A stretch of DNA of 60,373 bases from Candidatus Heimdallarchaeota archaeon (GCA_015523565.1 WAKA01000219.1:1-60373), one strand, 5' to 3'; counted from the first letter of the stretch, positions 49,465 to 59,795 are shown. Made by a program: numbers and translations. Notes: generated by a model not told the origin, from the sequence alone.

Positions 49465-49845
49465 ATGTCAATTGATATTTCTGATTACCAGAAGCGGGAA
49501 CTTGTAAAATTATTGACTAAAATCTCACGGGAATGCGAGCTTGAGGCATTGGGCATTGTCAATCGGCAAGGGATATCCCTCGCTTTCTTTGTTGGGGCTG
49601 GGGCTGACAAGGATCTGCTTTCTGCAATTTCTGCCGCTATTGCGTCAACTGGTGAATCTGTGACCAACAAACTACAGCATGGACACTTGAATGACATGCT
49701 TATCAGGGGTGACAGGGGCTTTACAATTCTGGCTATTGCTGGTGAATACATTCTCATTGGTGCTTCAAAAGAAGCTCATGCCATTGGACTGACATTAAAT
49801 ACCATCCGTGATTCAGTTCCAAAGCTTCGTGAAATCTTAAGCTAA
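49465..49845 (+). CDS. roadblock/LC7 domain protein
   Basis: IVNRQG..LA, LSAISAAI...GE..L..G.L, IRGDRG. Confidence 0.88.
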   Translation: MSIDISDYQKRELVKLLTKISRECELEALGIVNRQGISLAFFVGAGADKDLLSAISAAIASTGESVTNKLQHGHLNDMLIRGDRGFTILAIAGEYILIGASKEAHAIGLTLNTIRDSVPKLREILS

Positions 49846-49847
49846 TG

Positions 49848-50330
49848 TCATGTCATTCGTTTCTGCATTTCTTTGAGGAACAATGTCAAAAATAAAATGA
49901 CGGCAAGAGAAACGCCAAGGTCAAACATCATTTTTTGAACAGGTTCATTTGGTCCGTTCTCCTTGTAAAAATCTGTACTTGACAGGACATATTCCATAAG
50001 ATAGAAAAAAAGGAAATAAAAAAGAGCATATACAAGCAGGGCTGATTTGGCCGCTGCAACTGTTATGTCCCTATTCCTATACACTTTCTCTTGGTTCCAG
50101 TAGAATTCATCAAGCAAGACCTGCATGAAAAAGAGGAGAATCCCTGTTGAAATTGGTACCGTGATAACAATCCATTGATAGTCCTTCTCAATCAATTCAA
50201 CAATCTCCCTCAAATAATAATAGAATGGCAACTGAGCTATCAATGAATAAAGAAGCTGGACTGCGGCAGTCCATATTGACCGTGGTGCCGTCCACTCAAG
50301 TCTGTTGGAGGATCTTACTGTACTCATCAA
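49848..50330 (-). CDS. membrane protein (about 4 TM)
   Basis: Four hydrophobic segments. Confidence 0.65.
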   Translation of the reverse strand: MMSTVRSSNRLEWTAPRSIWTAAVQLLYSLIAQLPFYYYLREIVELIEKDYQWIVITVPISTGILLFFMQVLLDEFYWNQEKVYRNRDITVAAAKSALLVYALFYFLFFYLMEYVLSSTDFYKENGPNEPVQKMMFDLGVSLAVILFLTLFLKEMQKRMT

Positions 50331-50375
50331 CGAACTTTTGTGCAGTGCCTTATAAAAAATTCTCTTCAGACCGGA

Positions 50376-50804
50376 TTACATCTTCTGTTCTTGTCCGGAA
50401 TCTGCCCTGCGATCCCTGATGATCTTACGTCCAATAACCCACCAGACGTTGACAAACTCTCCTGGTTCCAATCCTTGCAGTTCTGGCTCTGTTGGCAGGG
50501 GTGTCTCATAAGTCTCGTAAGTTTCCTGATCCATTAGTTGGACAGAATCGGGTGTGACATTCAAAACCTGTGCCACCCTTTTCTCAATGACAGGCACCAT
50601 GAACTTGTCATCCCCTGGTGCCACAATGGATTTCTTGTTACCTGTGAACAGGTTTTCAATCTGCATCCGAACCTTGGCGTGTCCATGCTTTCCAGCTTTA
50701 GACTTGTCAGATGACTTGATGACATAGACATCATTGTCATAGACTATATAGTTTCCAACTTTCAGTTGTCCTGCTTTTTTCGGTTTAACGTCAGATTCAC
50801 TCAT
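50376..50804 (-). CDS. eif5a: translation factor aIF5A
   Basis: Hypusine loop SKAGKHGHAK. Confidence 0.96.
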   Translation of the reverse strand: MSESDVKPKKAGQLKVGNYIVYDNDVYVIKSSDKSKAGKHGHAKVRMQIENLFTGNKKSIVAPGDDKFMVPVIEKRVAQVLNVTPDSVQLMDQETYETYETPLPTEPELQGLEPGEFVNVWWVIGRKIIRDRRADSGQEQKM

Positions 50805-50973
50805 GCTTTACTCTAGTGTCAATTTGATGGTGGATACTTTAAGATTTTTCATTGCTTTCGGAATGTTTCAATCCTATTGGCTTCCTTTCGTACTTTATGG
50901 TTAGTGGCGTTATTCATTTCCTATAAATTGATTTTGTGAAAAAACTTGATTTTTTTAATTATAAACTTCTGTT

Positions 50974-53262
50974 TTAATTACTCTCATCCTGGCTTGCACG
51001 AATTTGTGCCATTGTCTGGTCGAATTCATTCATTCGAAGAGTCATATCCTCTGGATATATAACTTTATAGATTCTAATCAGGGGGTAGTCGCCATGTGCA
51101 ATTGCTCCTGCACCACCTGGAGGATAGCCTGAACTTCTGAACACTTCCTTGAAATAGGTCAAGCTGGTTACTGGATGGGCGTCTAGGTCTTTCAAAAGGT
51201 TACCCTTCAATCCCTGCCTGTCTATGAATGGTGGAGGAGATTGATCCACACCTGTCATGTCAGCAGGTGCATATGCCATGAGCCTATAGAGGACTGAGTC
51301 ATAAAACTTTTGCAGATACCCATCAGTTGGCTTGAAGTAATCCTTTTCTTTTACTCCAAATTCAGGAGTGTATTTTTCAGAAATCCTGATCATCCAGATG
51401 GCCTTTCCTATGTCCGAAGACAGCGAAAGAACTCCTGCGGCAGAAAATACCAGTACATATTGCACATTGTATTTGTACATCAAGTTGATCGCCGCAGTTT
51501 CATTCCACATGAGCATTGTTCCCACAACGCCTATCTGCGTTGAATTAATTGTGCTACCATCCACCAACGTAATTGTTTCTCCTAAACTTGTAATATAGTA
51601 TCCATAGTCCCACCATGAGAGCATGACAGGAGGCAATCTGTCAAGTCCTGTTTCTTTCAGGTATTTCTTATAGGATGTGTGATCCCTCATCCACTGGAAT
51701 GCCTGCATCCAATCATCAAGCGCACCACTTGGTTTGCCGTCAAGTGACGGTGTTATTTCTGGTCTGGAATATCTGTCCGCTGCGGCTGTTATCCCTGCAC
51801 TAACCATGATTGCCAAGAGTCCAAAGACTGCCGCGTATGCCATGAAGGTATAGGTGTTCCCCATTCTTTTCAGTCGCATCGTGGCTTTGGTAACCTTTAT
51901 TCTCTTGTGTGAAAGCAATGCGTATGGGATGAGCAGATTGTCAACTGCAAGGGCAGTCAACAATGCGGCCGCAGGTGCAAGGATTAGCAACAGCCTGATC
52001 ATTGATCCGCTGAAATAAATGGTGATCAGGCCCCATGTAAGTGTAAACAGATTCCTTTCAGTTGGCTTGTTGATGGCAAAATAGAGCCCAATGGGAATGA
52101 AGAAAACCATTGTGTTGATGTTGAAGTAAAGGCTTGCCCATGTCAATGGCTGGTGCTCACTGACGGAGTCAATAAGTGGGAGCTTTGATCTTGAATCAGG
52201 AAGGATCACAGAAATGAATTTGTCCCCGATTGTCTCCAGTGCGCCTATGTATGCAAGCCCTGCGGCGGCAAGCCCAATAATTGTCAACAGGAATACAAAT
52301 GCAAGCAATAGGATTTGCTTAAATACCTTTGGAGGAAGGTTAGCCGAAAGGTTTTGGACAATTCCAAAAAAGATGAGGAAGACAATGATGCCTATGGGTC
52401 CAATTCCCTCAGTTGAAAGCAGAAATTTTCCGCCTATACGTGGAATGAGTATCATCAAATAGGTGCTTACGAAGATTGTAATCGTGTACACCTTCACGAG
52501 CCTCTCAGAATAATGCCCTGTCATGACAAGGACGAGTGCATAGATTCCCAAAAGGTCATATCCGAACCTGAATGCACCCCAGCTTGATCCAAGCATGAAC
52601 AAGGACAATCCCGCAAGGATTGCAGACCCTGCAGAGTTTCTTCTGAGAGCCCTGATAAAGAAATAAAAGCTCATTATTGTGAAAAGAACACCTACGGATT
52701 CATTGTCAAAGAACCCTGCAATCGACCTCTGTACATAGGATGGTGTAACTGCCATTGTCAACGCGACAATGAGACCGCCCCTGTCTGAGATGAGTTCCTT
52801 ACCAAGCAGATAGCTAAAGTATACTGTAATGGTGCCAAAAACGACTGGCACAAGGTAAGCCGCAAATGCCAAGGTAACATTGAACCCAAGAAACTGCAGG
52901 ATCAAGTAAATCAGGATCGCCGCCAATGGGACTGCGATATACATTGAGACGCCAACTGCCCTGCCATATGGGAACCAAGTGTAATAGTCATGCCATTTGA
53001 AATATCCTATAAGTCCGTTTTCCAAGATATAGCTTGCACTTCTGAGCTGGAACCATGGATCAAACGCCTTGATAAGCGGATCCCAGCCCTGCAGAGTTGG
53101 AAACAGCCGGACAATAAATCCAAGCAGGAGAATCAGGAAAAGGGAAAACTGTTTGGTGACTGAGCCCTTTTCGATCTCATACTCCTCGAAATGGTCTCTG
53201 ACACGTTCCCCGATTCTCTCTGTCAATTCCTTGAATCTGTCGGAATGTGTTGTAGTACTCAT
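50974..53262 (-). CDS. aglB: oligosaccharyltransferase AglB/STT3
   Basis: FDPW, WFPYGR, GFFDNE, SVSEHQP, WWDYG and DIGKAIWM. Confidence 0.95.
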   Translation of the reverse strand: MSTTTHSDRFKELTERIGERVRDHFEEYEIEKGSVTKQFSLFLILLLGFIVRLFPTLQGWDPLIKAFDPWFQLRSASYILENGLIGYFKWHDYYTWFPYGRAVGVSMYIAVPLAAILIYLILQFLGFNVTLAFAAYLVPVVFGTITVYFSYLLGKELISDRGGLIVALTMAVTPSYVQRSIAGFFDNESVGVLFTIMSFYFFIRALRRNSAGSAILAGLSLFMLGSSWGAFRFGYDLLGIYALVLVMTGHYSERLVKVYTITIFVSTYLMILIPRIGGKFLLSTEGIGPIGIIVFLIFFGIVQNLSANLPPKVFKQILLLAFVFLLTIIGLAAAGLAYIGALETIGDKFISVILPDSRSKLPLIDSVSEHQPLTWASLYFNINTMVFFIPIGLYFAINKPTERNLFTLTWGLITIYFSGSMIRLLLILAPAAALLTALAVDNLLIPYALLSHKRIKVTKATMRLKRMGNTYTFMAYAAVFGLLAIMVSAGITAAADRYSRPEITPSLDGKPSGALDDWMQAFQWMRDHTSYKKYLKETGLDRLPPVMLSWWDYGYYITSLGETITLVDGSTINSTQIGVVGTMLMWNETAAINLMYKYNVQYVLVFSAAGVLSLSSDIGKAIWMIRISEKYTPEFGVKEKDYFKPTDGYLQKFYDSVLYRLMAYAPADMTGVDQSPPPFIDRQGLKGNLLKDLDAHPVTSLTYFKEVFRSSGYPPGGAGAIAHGDYPLIRIYKVIYPEDMTLRMNEFDQTMAQIRASQDESN

Positions 53263-53364
53263 AATATTGCCTCTTTTAAGTGGGATTAAGGAGAAACTTC
53301 CTTCATTTCCTTGTCAAATGAACCCCTTAAAAAATCATAGTAACGCGACATGAGTTAAAGCAAT

Positions 53365-53901
53365 TCAACTATGGAGCTTATCACGCAATCGTTTTTGCCT
53401 CCGGATTTTTGCGGCCTCATATCTCCGCTTTTCCTCGTCCGTTTGAGGGATGACTGGTGGTACTGGAATTGGATTGCCGTGCTCATCAATGGCGACAAAT
53501 GTAAGGTATGCTGACCCTGTCTGCCTCCGCTCTCCCGTGTAAAGGTTTTCTGTCTCCACCCTGACCCCTACCTCAAGGGAAGTCTTGCCTGTGTAGTTGA
53601 CGCTTGCCTTGATAATAAGAAGCTCCCCAACATGCACTGGATTGAGAAAATCCATCCTGTCTATCGATGCAGTCACGGCCCGACTCCTGCAATGCCTAAG
53701 AGCCACAAGCCCTGCCACATTGTCTATCAGGTTCAAAATTGCCCCCCCGTTGATGTTCCCAAGCTCCAATGCACCATTCCTCCAAGATGGATTGCTTTGG
53801 TGCGGCATCATAAGCTGGTATGTCTCTATTGCTGATTCCGACGGTGCTTTTCCTTCCACAATTGTCACATTTTCATTGACTATTTGAGCAGTGCCATGCA
53901 A
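53365..53901 (-). CDS. hotdog acyl-CoA thioesterase (YciA-like)
   Basis: GG.IL..ID, VTASID..F..P, G.TSLEVGV and AYLTFVAID. Confidence 0.92.
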   Translation of the reverse strand: MHGTAQIVNENVTIVEGKAPSESAIETYQLMMPHQSNPSWRNGALELGNINGGAILNLIDNVAGLVALRHCRSRAVTASIDRMDFLNPVHVGELLIIKASVNYTGKTSLEVGVRVETENLYTGERRQTGSAYLTFVAIDEHGNPIPVPPVIPQTDEEKRRYEAAKIRRQKRLRDKLHS

Positions 53902-53911
53902 TAGTGGAAAT

Positions 53912-54481
53912 TTACAGGCTGACTACCTTCATCATGGTCAAATATCCATCAACTTCCCACACCTCCACAACACTCCCCTTCCTGATCCTGTCGATTGGAA
54001 TGTTTTGCAGGGGTGACCATTGCGTCAATATCAATTCGTGCCTCTCATCCTCAATCACTATTTCCGCAAGATACGGGATCGTGAATTTCCCCTTTCTCTC
54101 TGGACTTGTCTCCTTGGCATCCACATCGAAATGAAATTCCTCCTTTTCAGTCAATCCCTCTGTCGGGGGTCTATAGAGAAGTATCTCCTCAATCCGGACC
54201 CTATGCCTTTTTGGAATGAATATCTCTACAGATTTGTTCATGTCAAAATCATTCGCCAAAAACCTAGTAAAGTAATGGTCGTATCCCCCAACAAATTTCC
54301 AAACCTCAAACAAGGCGGCTGGAATGCTTCTGTCCTCCTCCTTGGAAAAGACATAATAAATCGCATTTGGTACTTGGTTGGTGCCGTACCTGATTAAGTC
54401 CCCTTTTTCAACCATAGACAACAGTTTCCGGTTGGAGGAGAAGTCAAGGATGTCCATATCTAAAATCCCCCTCGGCATCAT
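53912..54481 (-). CDS. hypothetical protein
   Basis: 189-aa ORF 10 bp upstream of the thioesterase. Confidence 0.6.
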   Translation of the reverse strand: MMPRGILDMDILDFSSNRKLLSMVEKGDLIRYGTNQVPNAIYYVFSKEEDRSIPAALFEVWKFVGGYDHYFTRFLANDFDMNKSVEIFIPKRHRVRIEEILLYRPPTEGLTEKEEFHFDVDAKETSPERKGKFTIPYLAEIVIEDERHELILTQWSPLQNIPIDRIRKGSVVEVWEVDGYLTMMKVVSL

Positions 54482-54626
54482 TTTAAATGAATCATCAATT
54501 CGCTTGTCAAATGGTATTCTCTGCTTACCTTTTTTCCTTAATGGGTTTTTCTCCCTGTCTTTTCCCGAAATGACTTCCTACGGGTCTTTTCTCAAAATCA
54601 CATTCTCTGACATTGTGAGGGAAAAG

Positions 54627-54686
54627 ATTTGACGTCTGAGTTCACAATTTGACGTCCGGGTTCACAATTTGATGTTTGGGTTCACA
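54627..54686. repeat. three tandem 20-bp direct repeats ATTTGA(C/T)GT(C/T)(C/T)G(A/G)GTTCACA
   Basis: Units at 54627-54646, 54647-54666 and 54667-54686, read directly from the sequence. Confidence 0.9.
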
Positions 54687-54725
54687 ATGGCAAAGGTTAA
54701 AGTCATGTTGTCTTACCAATATCTT

Positions 54726-55073
54726 ATGCAATTTTGTGAAACCTGCGATTCTCTGCTCCAACCAAAAAAATTACCCGGAAAGGACACAACCGCTCTGTTT
54801 TGCATCGAATGCAATGAGTTCAAGGATGTCGAAGTGGACATCATTAAAATCGAGGAGGACAGAGGTGACGACCCTGAGGGCGGCAAGATGCTCATCATTG
54901 ATGAAGATGACGGTCGTACCGTTGGAAGACCCAGCGGACAGATCTATTGTCCAAGATGTGACAGCATCCAAGAAGTGGAATACTGGGAAATCCAAACAAG
55001 AAGCGCTGATGAATCCCCCACTCGTTTCTTCAAATGCCTCACCTGCAAGAAGCAATGGCGTGAATATGACTGA
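54726..55073 (+). CDS. tfs: transcription factor S (TFS/RpoM)
   Basis: Two Zn ribbons and QTRSADESPT.FF.C..C. Confidence 0.93.
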   Translation: MQFCETCDSLLQPKKLPGKDTTALFCIECNEFKDVEVDIIKIEEDRGDDPEGGKMLIIDEDDGRTVGRPSGQIYCPRCDSIQEVEYWEIQTRSADESPTRFFKCLTCKKQWREYD

Positions 55074-55076
55074 CCA

Positions 55077-55850
55077 TTATCCGAAAAGAAATCCTCCTGG
55101 AACCTCCTTTTGAAACACAATCCCGTTGCTGTCCAAAAAATAATTGACTGGTAGCTTGCTCTTGTTCCAATGAATACGTATCTTTGCATATCTAAGCCTG
55201 AAAAAATTCGGTTTCCTCCCCCTTCTTTTTGTTGACGGAAAAACAATCGAGTTCCCCTTGGGCGTATTGGTCTGTTCCAATACCTGCAACTCCCTCGGAA
55301 GGGACATCATGGGTTCCACCACCTTCTTGTAAAATGTCCCACGCAAGTTGGTTTCCCCTTGCCTTTTCCATTCCTCAATTATCCTTTTGAGGGGCATGTA
55401 AACATGGGTGGATCTCAATGCAGTGACCGTATTCCTGAAAACACGAGTGCATATAATGGAAAAAAATGTTGAAATGTTCTCAATCTGGTGAATCGTCGCG
55501 GTTCTTCCTATGTAAATGTGAACGGTCTGATCCCCATACTCTGTTATTACGCTCTCCAGTTCCCGCTTTGGAAGGGAAAACAATATTGTTTTCTTTCCAG
55601 GCTTGCTGTCATACGGCGACACTTCTTTTTCTATAATCCCCAACCTTGCCGCACTTGTGATCATAGGATACAGTTTCCCATACTCCAGATTCAAATAGGA
55701 CATGAGGTTTTTTAATGTCCATTTCCCCCTTTTTCCATTCATGTCTGATGAAAGCACTCCAAGCAACTCTATGAAAAATGGATTGGCAAAGAGCTTATGC
55801 AACTCTCCTGCCTGCCCAATATCGAATGTCTTGGAGTCCACATTCTCCAC
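55077..55850 (-). CDS. putative DNA-binding protein with winged-helix domain(s)
   Basis: FANPF..E.L..L..WTLKNL..L...YGKL....A..LGIIEK wHTH pattern; a second, similar segment ends in GRKPNFF. Confidence 0.55.
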   Translation of the reverse strand: MENVDSKTFDIGQAGELHKLFANPFFIELLGVLSSDMNGKRGKWTLKNLMSYLNLEYGKLYPMITSAARLGIIEKEVSPYDSKPGKKTILFSLPKRELESVITEYGDQTVHIYIGRTATIHQIENISTFFSIICTRVFRNTVTALRSTHVYMPLKRIIEEWKRQGETNLRGTFYKKVVEPMMSLPRELQVLEQTNTPKGNSIVFPSTKRRGRKPNFFRLRYAKIRIHWNKSKLPVNYFLDSNGIVFQKEVPGGFLFG

Positions 55851-56269
55851 AACATCCCCATTGCATATATCCTTGTCTTTCTTAACAATCCGCCAATTGC
55901 TGTATCTGCTTTTTCATTATTTTTCAACTGGCAAAGCCTTTTGCTCTCCTATTCCCTATCTTTGTAATCTATTCATCAAAAATTTGTAGTCTGTTCATCA
56001 AAAATTATTACTTTCAATTCTTAAAAGATTTTATTTCCTGTTTTTAATTGTCCTGTAATCTCATTTGTTGGAAATCTCGTTTGGCGCTAATCCCCCATCT
56101 TGTTTCAATATGGGGTTATCCATTTATCCCTTGACAAATCTCCCTTGAAAACAAATAATACTCCATGCCCTGATTTTGAAAACCAACCAAGGCATGTGTT
56201 TGTTTCAAAAATTTGTATAATGTGTATTATCTAAAAAATTAATTGATTTGGTTCTTTCCTTATAACATT

Positions 56270-56836
56270 ATGATTTTGCAATCGTCTGACTACATCAGGG
56301 AGTTTTACAAAAATGGGCATTCATATGATCACTACGCAGAGAATATGACCAAAGGATTTGACCGTTTTGAAATGGCTACAGAATCCATCAATGAATATGT
56401 CGAAGAACTGCATCTGGATGATCTTAACCATCCATTTCGATTTCTTGTCATCGCACAACTTGATTGCACAGATTGTGCCGTTGCTCTTCCCGCATTCGCC
56501 ACTCTTGCAAAAAGATTTTCCAATTGGGACTTCCGAATTGTCTATAAGGACGAGATCAATGAGGTTGTCCCCTTCAAGGATTATTTCAAGGTAGGCTCAA
56601 AGCAGACCACTCCCCAAATACTGATCTTTAACCAAGATTTGGAATACATCACAAGATGGTTTGACAAATCTGTAATTAAGAAGAAGATACTGAAAAAATA
56701 CACTGACAAGGGATACAAAGGGGACTTCCGAAAACAAAAAATCAGTGAGACCCCTGAATTGAACCATCGTTTCGAAAGCAAATCCATAGTCAATGAGCTG
56801 TTGTATCTATTAAGAAAGGCAAAGTACTATCTCTGA
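56270..56836 (+). CDS. thioredoxin-family protein
   Basis: CTDC active site and cis-Pro TTP. Confidence 0.8.
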   Translation: MILQSSDYIREFYKNGHSYDHYAENMTKGFDRFEMATESINEYVEELHLDDLNHPFRFLVIAQLDCTDCAVALPAFATLAKRFSNWDFRIVYKDEINEVVPFKDYFKVGSKQTTPQILIFNQDLEYITRWFDKSVIKKKILKKYTDKGYKGDFRKQKISETPELNHRFESKSIVNELLYLLRKAKYYL

Positions 56837-56987
56837 TAGTCCCCATTGCTTAGAAATGCATTGGAATCTGCTTCCATGCCATTTTGTTCGCATTCATATT
56901 GGACTTAGCTTCGCTTTCCCATCTAAACTGACACATTCAATTACGCAATTTCGGAAAAAATCAAAAAGTTGACGCCTAAAGTATGCT

Positions 56988-58532
56988 ATGGACTCCTTTC
57001 CCCTTGGTTCCTACTTGACAAGGGAAACAATGTACTGCCTTGTCAACCCCGACCTGCAAATCGAGATACCTCCAGAAACCGTTGAAACCGTTACCCAATG
57101 CCGTGCAATGCTTGAAAAGGAGCTTGCCAAGGAAGAGCCCATCTATGGGGTGTCAACTGGTTTCGGTCATCTAGCCAATACATGGATCCCAAATGACAGG
57201 CTTGCGGAACTTCAAGTCAACCTGATCCGTTCACATGCTGCAGGTCTTGGCTCCCCAATCCCAAGGCACATCACAAAGACTGCCATGATCCTTCTTGCCA
57301 ATTCCTTGGCAAAGGGACATTCTGGCATTACCATGCCTACCTTGGAACTTCTCAAGGAACTCATCAATTTCGACGCCGTTCCCGTTAGCTACAGCATCGG
57401 AAGTCTGGGGGCATCTGGCGACCTCGCCCCCTTGGCCCATATTGCCCTTGCACTCATCGGTGAAGGCACAATTGATTACCACAACCAAAAAATGAGCCCA
57501 AAACAATTCTACGAGATGACAGGACTGTCTCCAATCACATTGTCCGCAAAGGAGGGGCTTGCCCTCATCAATGGCACCCATTTCATCACTGCATACGCCC
57601 TGCACACCCTTGACCTTGCAAAAAAACTCATGTCTGCCGCCCTTGCCGCAGGAGCACTTTCACTCGAGGCATTGAGGGGTACAATCCGCCATTTCGACCC
57701 CCTTATCTCCTCTGTCCGCCCCCATTATGGTCAAAAGGCAGTTGCCAACCGCATGCACGAATGGCTTGAGGGCAGCGAAATCATTGCATCACATGCAGAC
57801 CCCAATGTCGACCATAAGGTTCAAGATCCATATTCCCTTAGATGCATTCCACAGGTGCTTGGTGCCGCATGGGATGCATTTGAGCACTTGGAATCGAAAA
57901 TTGCCATAGAAGTCAATTCTGTAACGGACAACCCCCTGATATTCCCTGAAGAAAACACAATACTCAGTGGCGGCAATTTCCACGCCGAACCCCTTGCCCT
58001 CCCCCTTGAGATGGCAACGCTTGCAGTAACCGAGATCGCAAGCATTGCGGAACGCCGCATCAACCGGCTGGTTCACCCAAACACGCCTGAACTCCCCCCA
58101 TTCCTTGCAAATGACCCGGGATTGCAGTCTGGCTACATGATCCCGCACTATTCTGCTGTCGCCGCATTGAACAAGCTGAAAACCCTTTGCTTCCCTGCCG
58201 TCATCGACAACCTTCCCGTATCGGGAGACCAAGAGGATCATGTGTCCATGGGCATGACCTCCGCCACAAAAGCATATGAGGCAGTCCAGCTTAGCCTACA
58301 GATCGTCTCGCTGGAGATGCTCATGGCTGTAAGAGGGCTGAACCTTCAGGAAAACCGCCCCAAATCTTCAGAAAAACTGGAAAGGCTCATCAAGAAAATC
58401 AACGGACACATCCCATTCGAAAAAAACGACCATTATGTCCGACCCCCAATGATCCAAATCAACAGCCTCATCCAATCCCCAGACTTCCTCGATCTGCTCT
58501 CCGTCCCCAAAACATTCGCGGAAATCCCGTAA
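56988..58532 (+). CDS. hutH: histidine ammonia-lyase
   Basis: YGVSTGFG, NLIRSH, MIO motif GASGDL, QDPYSLRC, GGNFH and QEDHVSM. Confidence 0.95.
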   Translation: MDSFPLGSYLTRETMYCLVNPDLQIEIPPETVETVTQCRAMLEKELAKEEPIYGVSTGFGHLANTWIPNDRLAELQVNLIRSHAAGLGSPIPRHITKTAMILLANSLAKGHSGITMPTLELLKELINFDAVPVSYSIGSLGASGDLAPLAHIALALIGEGTIDYHNQKMSPKQFYEMTGLSPITLSAKEGLALINGTHFITAYALHTLDLAKKLMSAALAAGALSLEALRGTIRHFDPLISSVRPHYGQKAVANRMHEWLEGSEIIASHADPNVDHKVQDPYSLRCIPQVLGAAWDAFEHLESKIAIEVNSVTDNPLIFPEENTILSGGNFHAEPLALPLEMATLAVTEIASIAERRINRLVHPNTPELPPFLANDPGLQSGYMIPHYSAVAALNKLKTLCFPAVIDNLPVSGDQEDHVSMGMTSATKAYEAVQLSLQIVSLEMLMAVRGLNLQENRPKSSEKLERLIKKINGHIPFEKNDHYVRPPMIQINSLIQSPDFLDLLSVPKTFAEIP

Positions 58533-58596
58533 ATATTGCCCCTCAATCCCAAGATATAAACGACCTCTTAAATAATCATCCGTCAGAAGTGAACCT

Positions 58597-59259
58597 GTGA
58601 GTCAAGATAAAATTGAGGGCGTGGCCGCCACCCGAATGAAACTGCTTGAGCTACGAAGCAAATCCAAACTTGCCCAGCATGGACATGACCTGCTCAAGGA
58701 AAAAATGGACGCCTTGATCATAGAGTTCTATGACGTGCTCAATGAAGTCAAGGAAGCCCAAAGCCAAGCTTCGGACGTTCTGGAACAGGCCCACCAGAAA
58801 CTGCGTTTCGCCGCCCTCCAGATTGGAACTGCCACGTTGAGAAACCTTGGGCACATCGCCCCTGAGACAATCACCCTGAAAACAAGCACAAGAAACATCA
58901 TGGGTGTCAAAGCCCCCAAACTCGACATTGTCGAAAGAAAACTTGACTACCCGTTCTACGATGCAGAAACCACCACATTGGCTGTCGACATCGCCGTCAA
59001 CAGCTTCAGGGAAAGCATCGCATCAGTCGTCAGGCTGGCCGAAAAAGTGGCGACCCTCCAAAAGCTGGCCTACGAAATCAACAGCACCAAACGAAGGGTC
59101 AATGCCCTTAACCACATTATCATCCCCAGACTGAACAACACTGTCAGGTTCATTGCCCTGACCCTCGAAGAGGACGAACGTGAAACATTCGGTCGGCTCA
59201 AGTTCATCAAGAACAAAATCGAAAAAGCAAAAAAGGAAGGTGAAATCGCCCATGCCTAA
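58597..59259 (+). CDS. atpD: A/V-type ATP synthase subunit D
   Basis: TRM.L, GH.LLK.K, NIMGV, TKRRVNAL..IIP and E.ERE.F.RLK. Confidence 0.95.
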   Translation: MSQDKIEGVAATRMKLLELRSKSKLAQHGHDLLKEKMDALIIEFYDVLNEVKEAQSQASDVLEQAHQKLRFAALQIGTATLRNLGHIAPETITLKTSTRNIMGVKAPKLDIVERKLDYPFYDAETTTLAVDIAVNSFRESIASVVRLAEKVATLQKLAYEINSTKRRVNALNHIIIPRLNNTVRFIALTLEEDERETFGRLKFIKNKIEKAKKEGEIAHA

Positions 59260-59722
59260 AACCAAATTCCATACCGTAGCAGTTGGCAGATGGACTCTCG
59301 AATCATTCCTCCACTTCTATGACATCGAAGTCCATCCTGAAGGACTTGTCGGTCTCTACCAATGGCAACAGACCGATTTCAGGTTCCCTGTGCTCTCCGC
59401 CCTTTTCCATGATATCCCCAAAAGGCTCAAGACAAGAAACAAAAGCCCCAAGGAAAAGGGTGAAGTTGATGAGGAATCATTTTTCATCCCTTGGGAAAGC
59501 GTCCAAGGAATCGTCACCTATGACCTGCACAAAGAAGTCAAAATCCGAACCCCTGAAGAGATAATCACCCTGCTCTTCAACCAGAAGCATGAATATGACC
59601 AGTTCATGCCTCTCCTCAAGGAGCATGTCGCAAAGAAAATCTACTCAAGAGATAGCAAGCACATCCCACAATCCATCTTCGAGGGAATGGACATCCCTAA
59701 GGAAAGAATACTTGTCAGGTAA
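59252..59722 (+). CDS. hypothetical protein, possibly PH-like fold
   Basis: Overlaps the atpD stop; contains a FIPWESV-type motif. Confidence 0.6.
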   Translation: MPKTKFHTVAVGRWTLESFLHFYDIEVHPEGLVGLYQWQQTDFRFPVLSALFHDIPKRLKTRNKSPKEKGEVDEESFFIPWESVQGIVTYDLHKEVKIRTPEEIITLLFNQKHEYDQFMPLLKEHVAKKIYSRDSKHIPQSIFEGMDIPKERILVR

Positions 59723-59795
59723 TTAATAAATACAGTTCCACAGCCATCTCTCCACATCCAATCCCAAACATTTTACCATTTCAAATTGGAAAAGG

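Noticed and set aside
54627-54686. 20-bp repeats as a mini CRISPR array
   Set aside because: The units are contiguous with no spacers and are too short.
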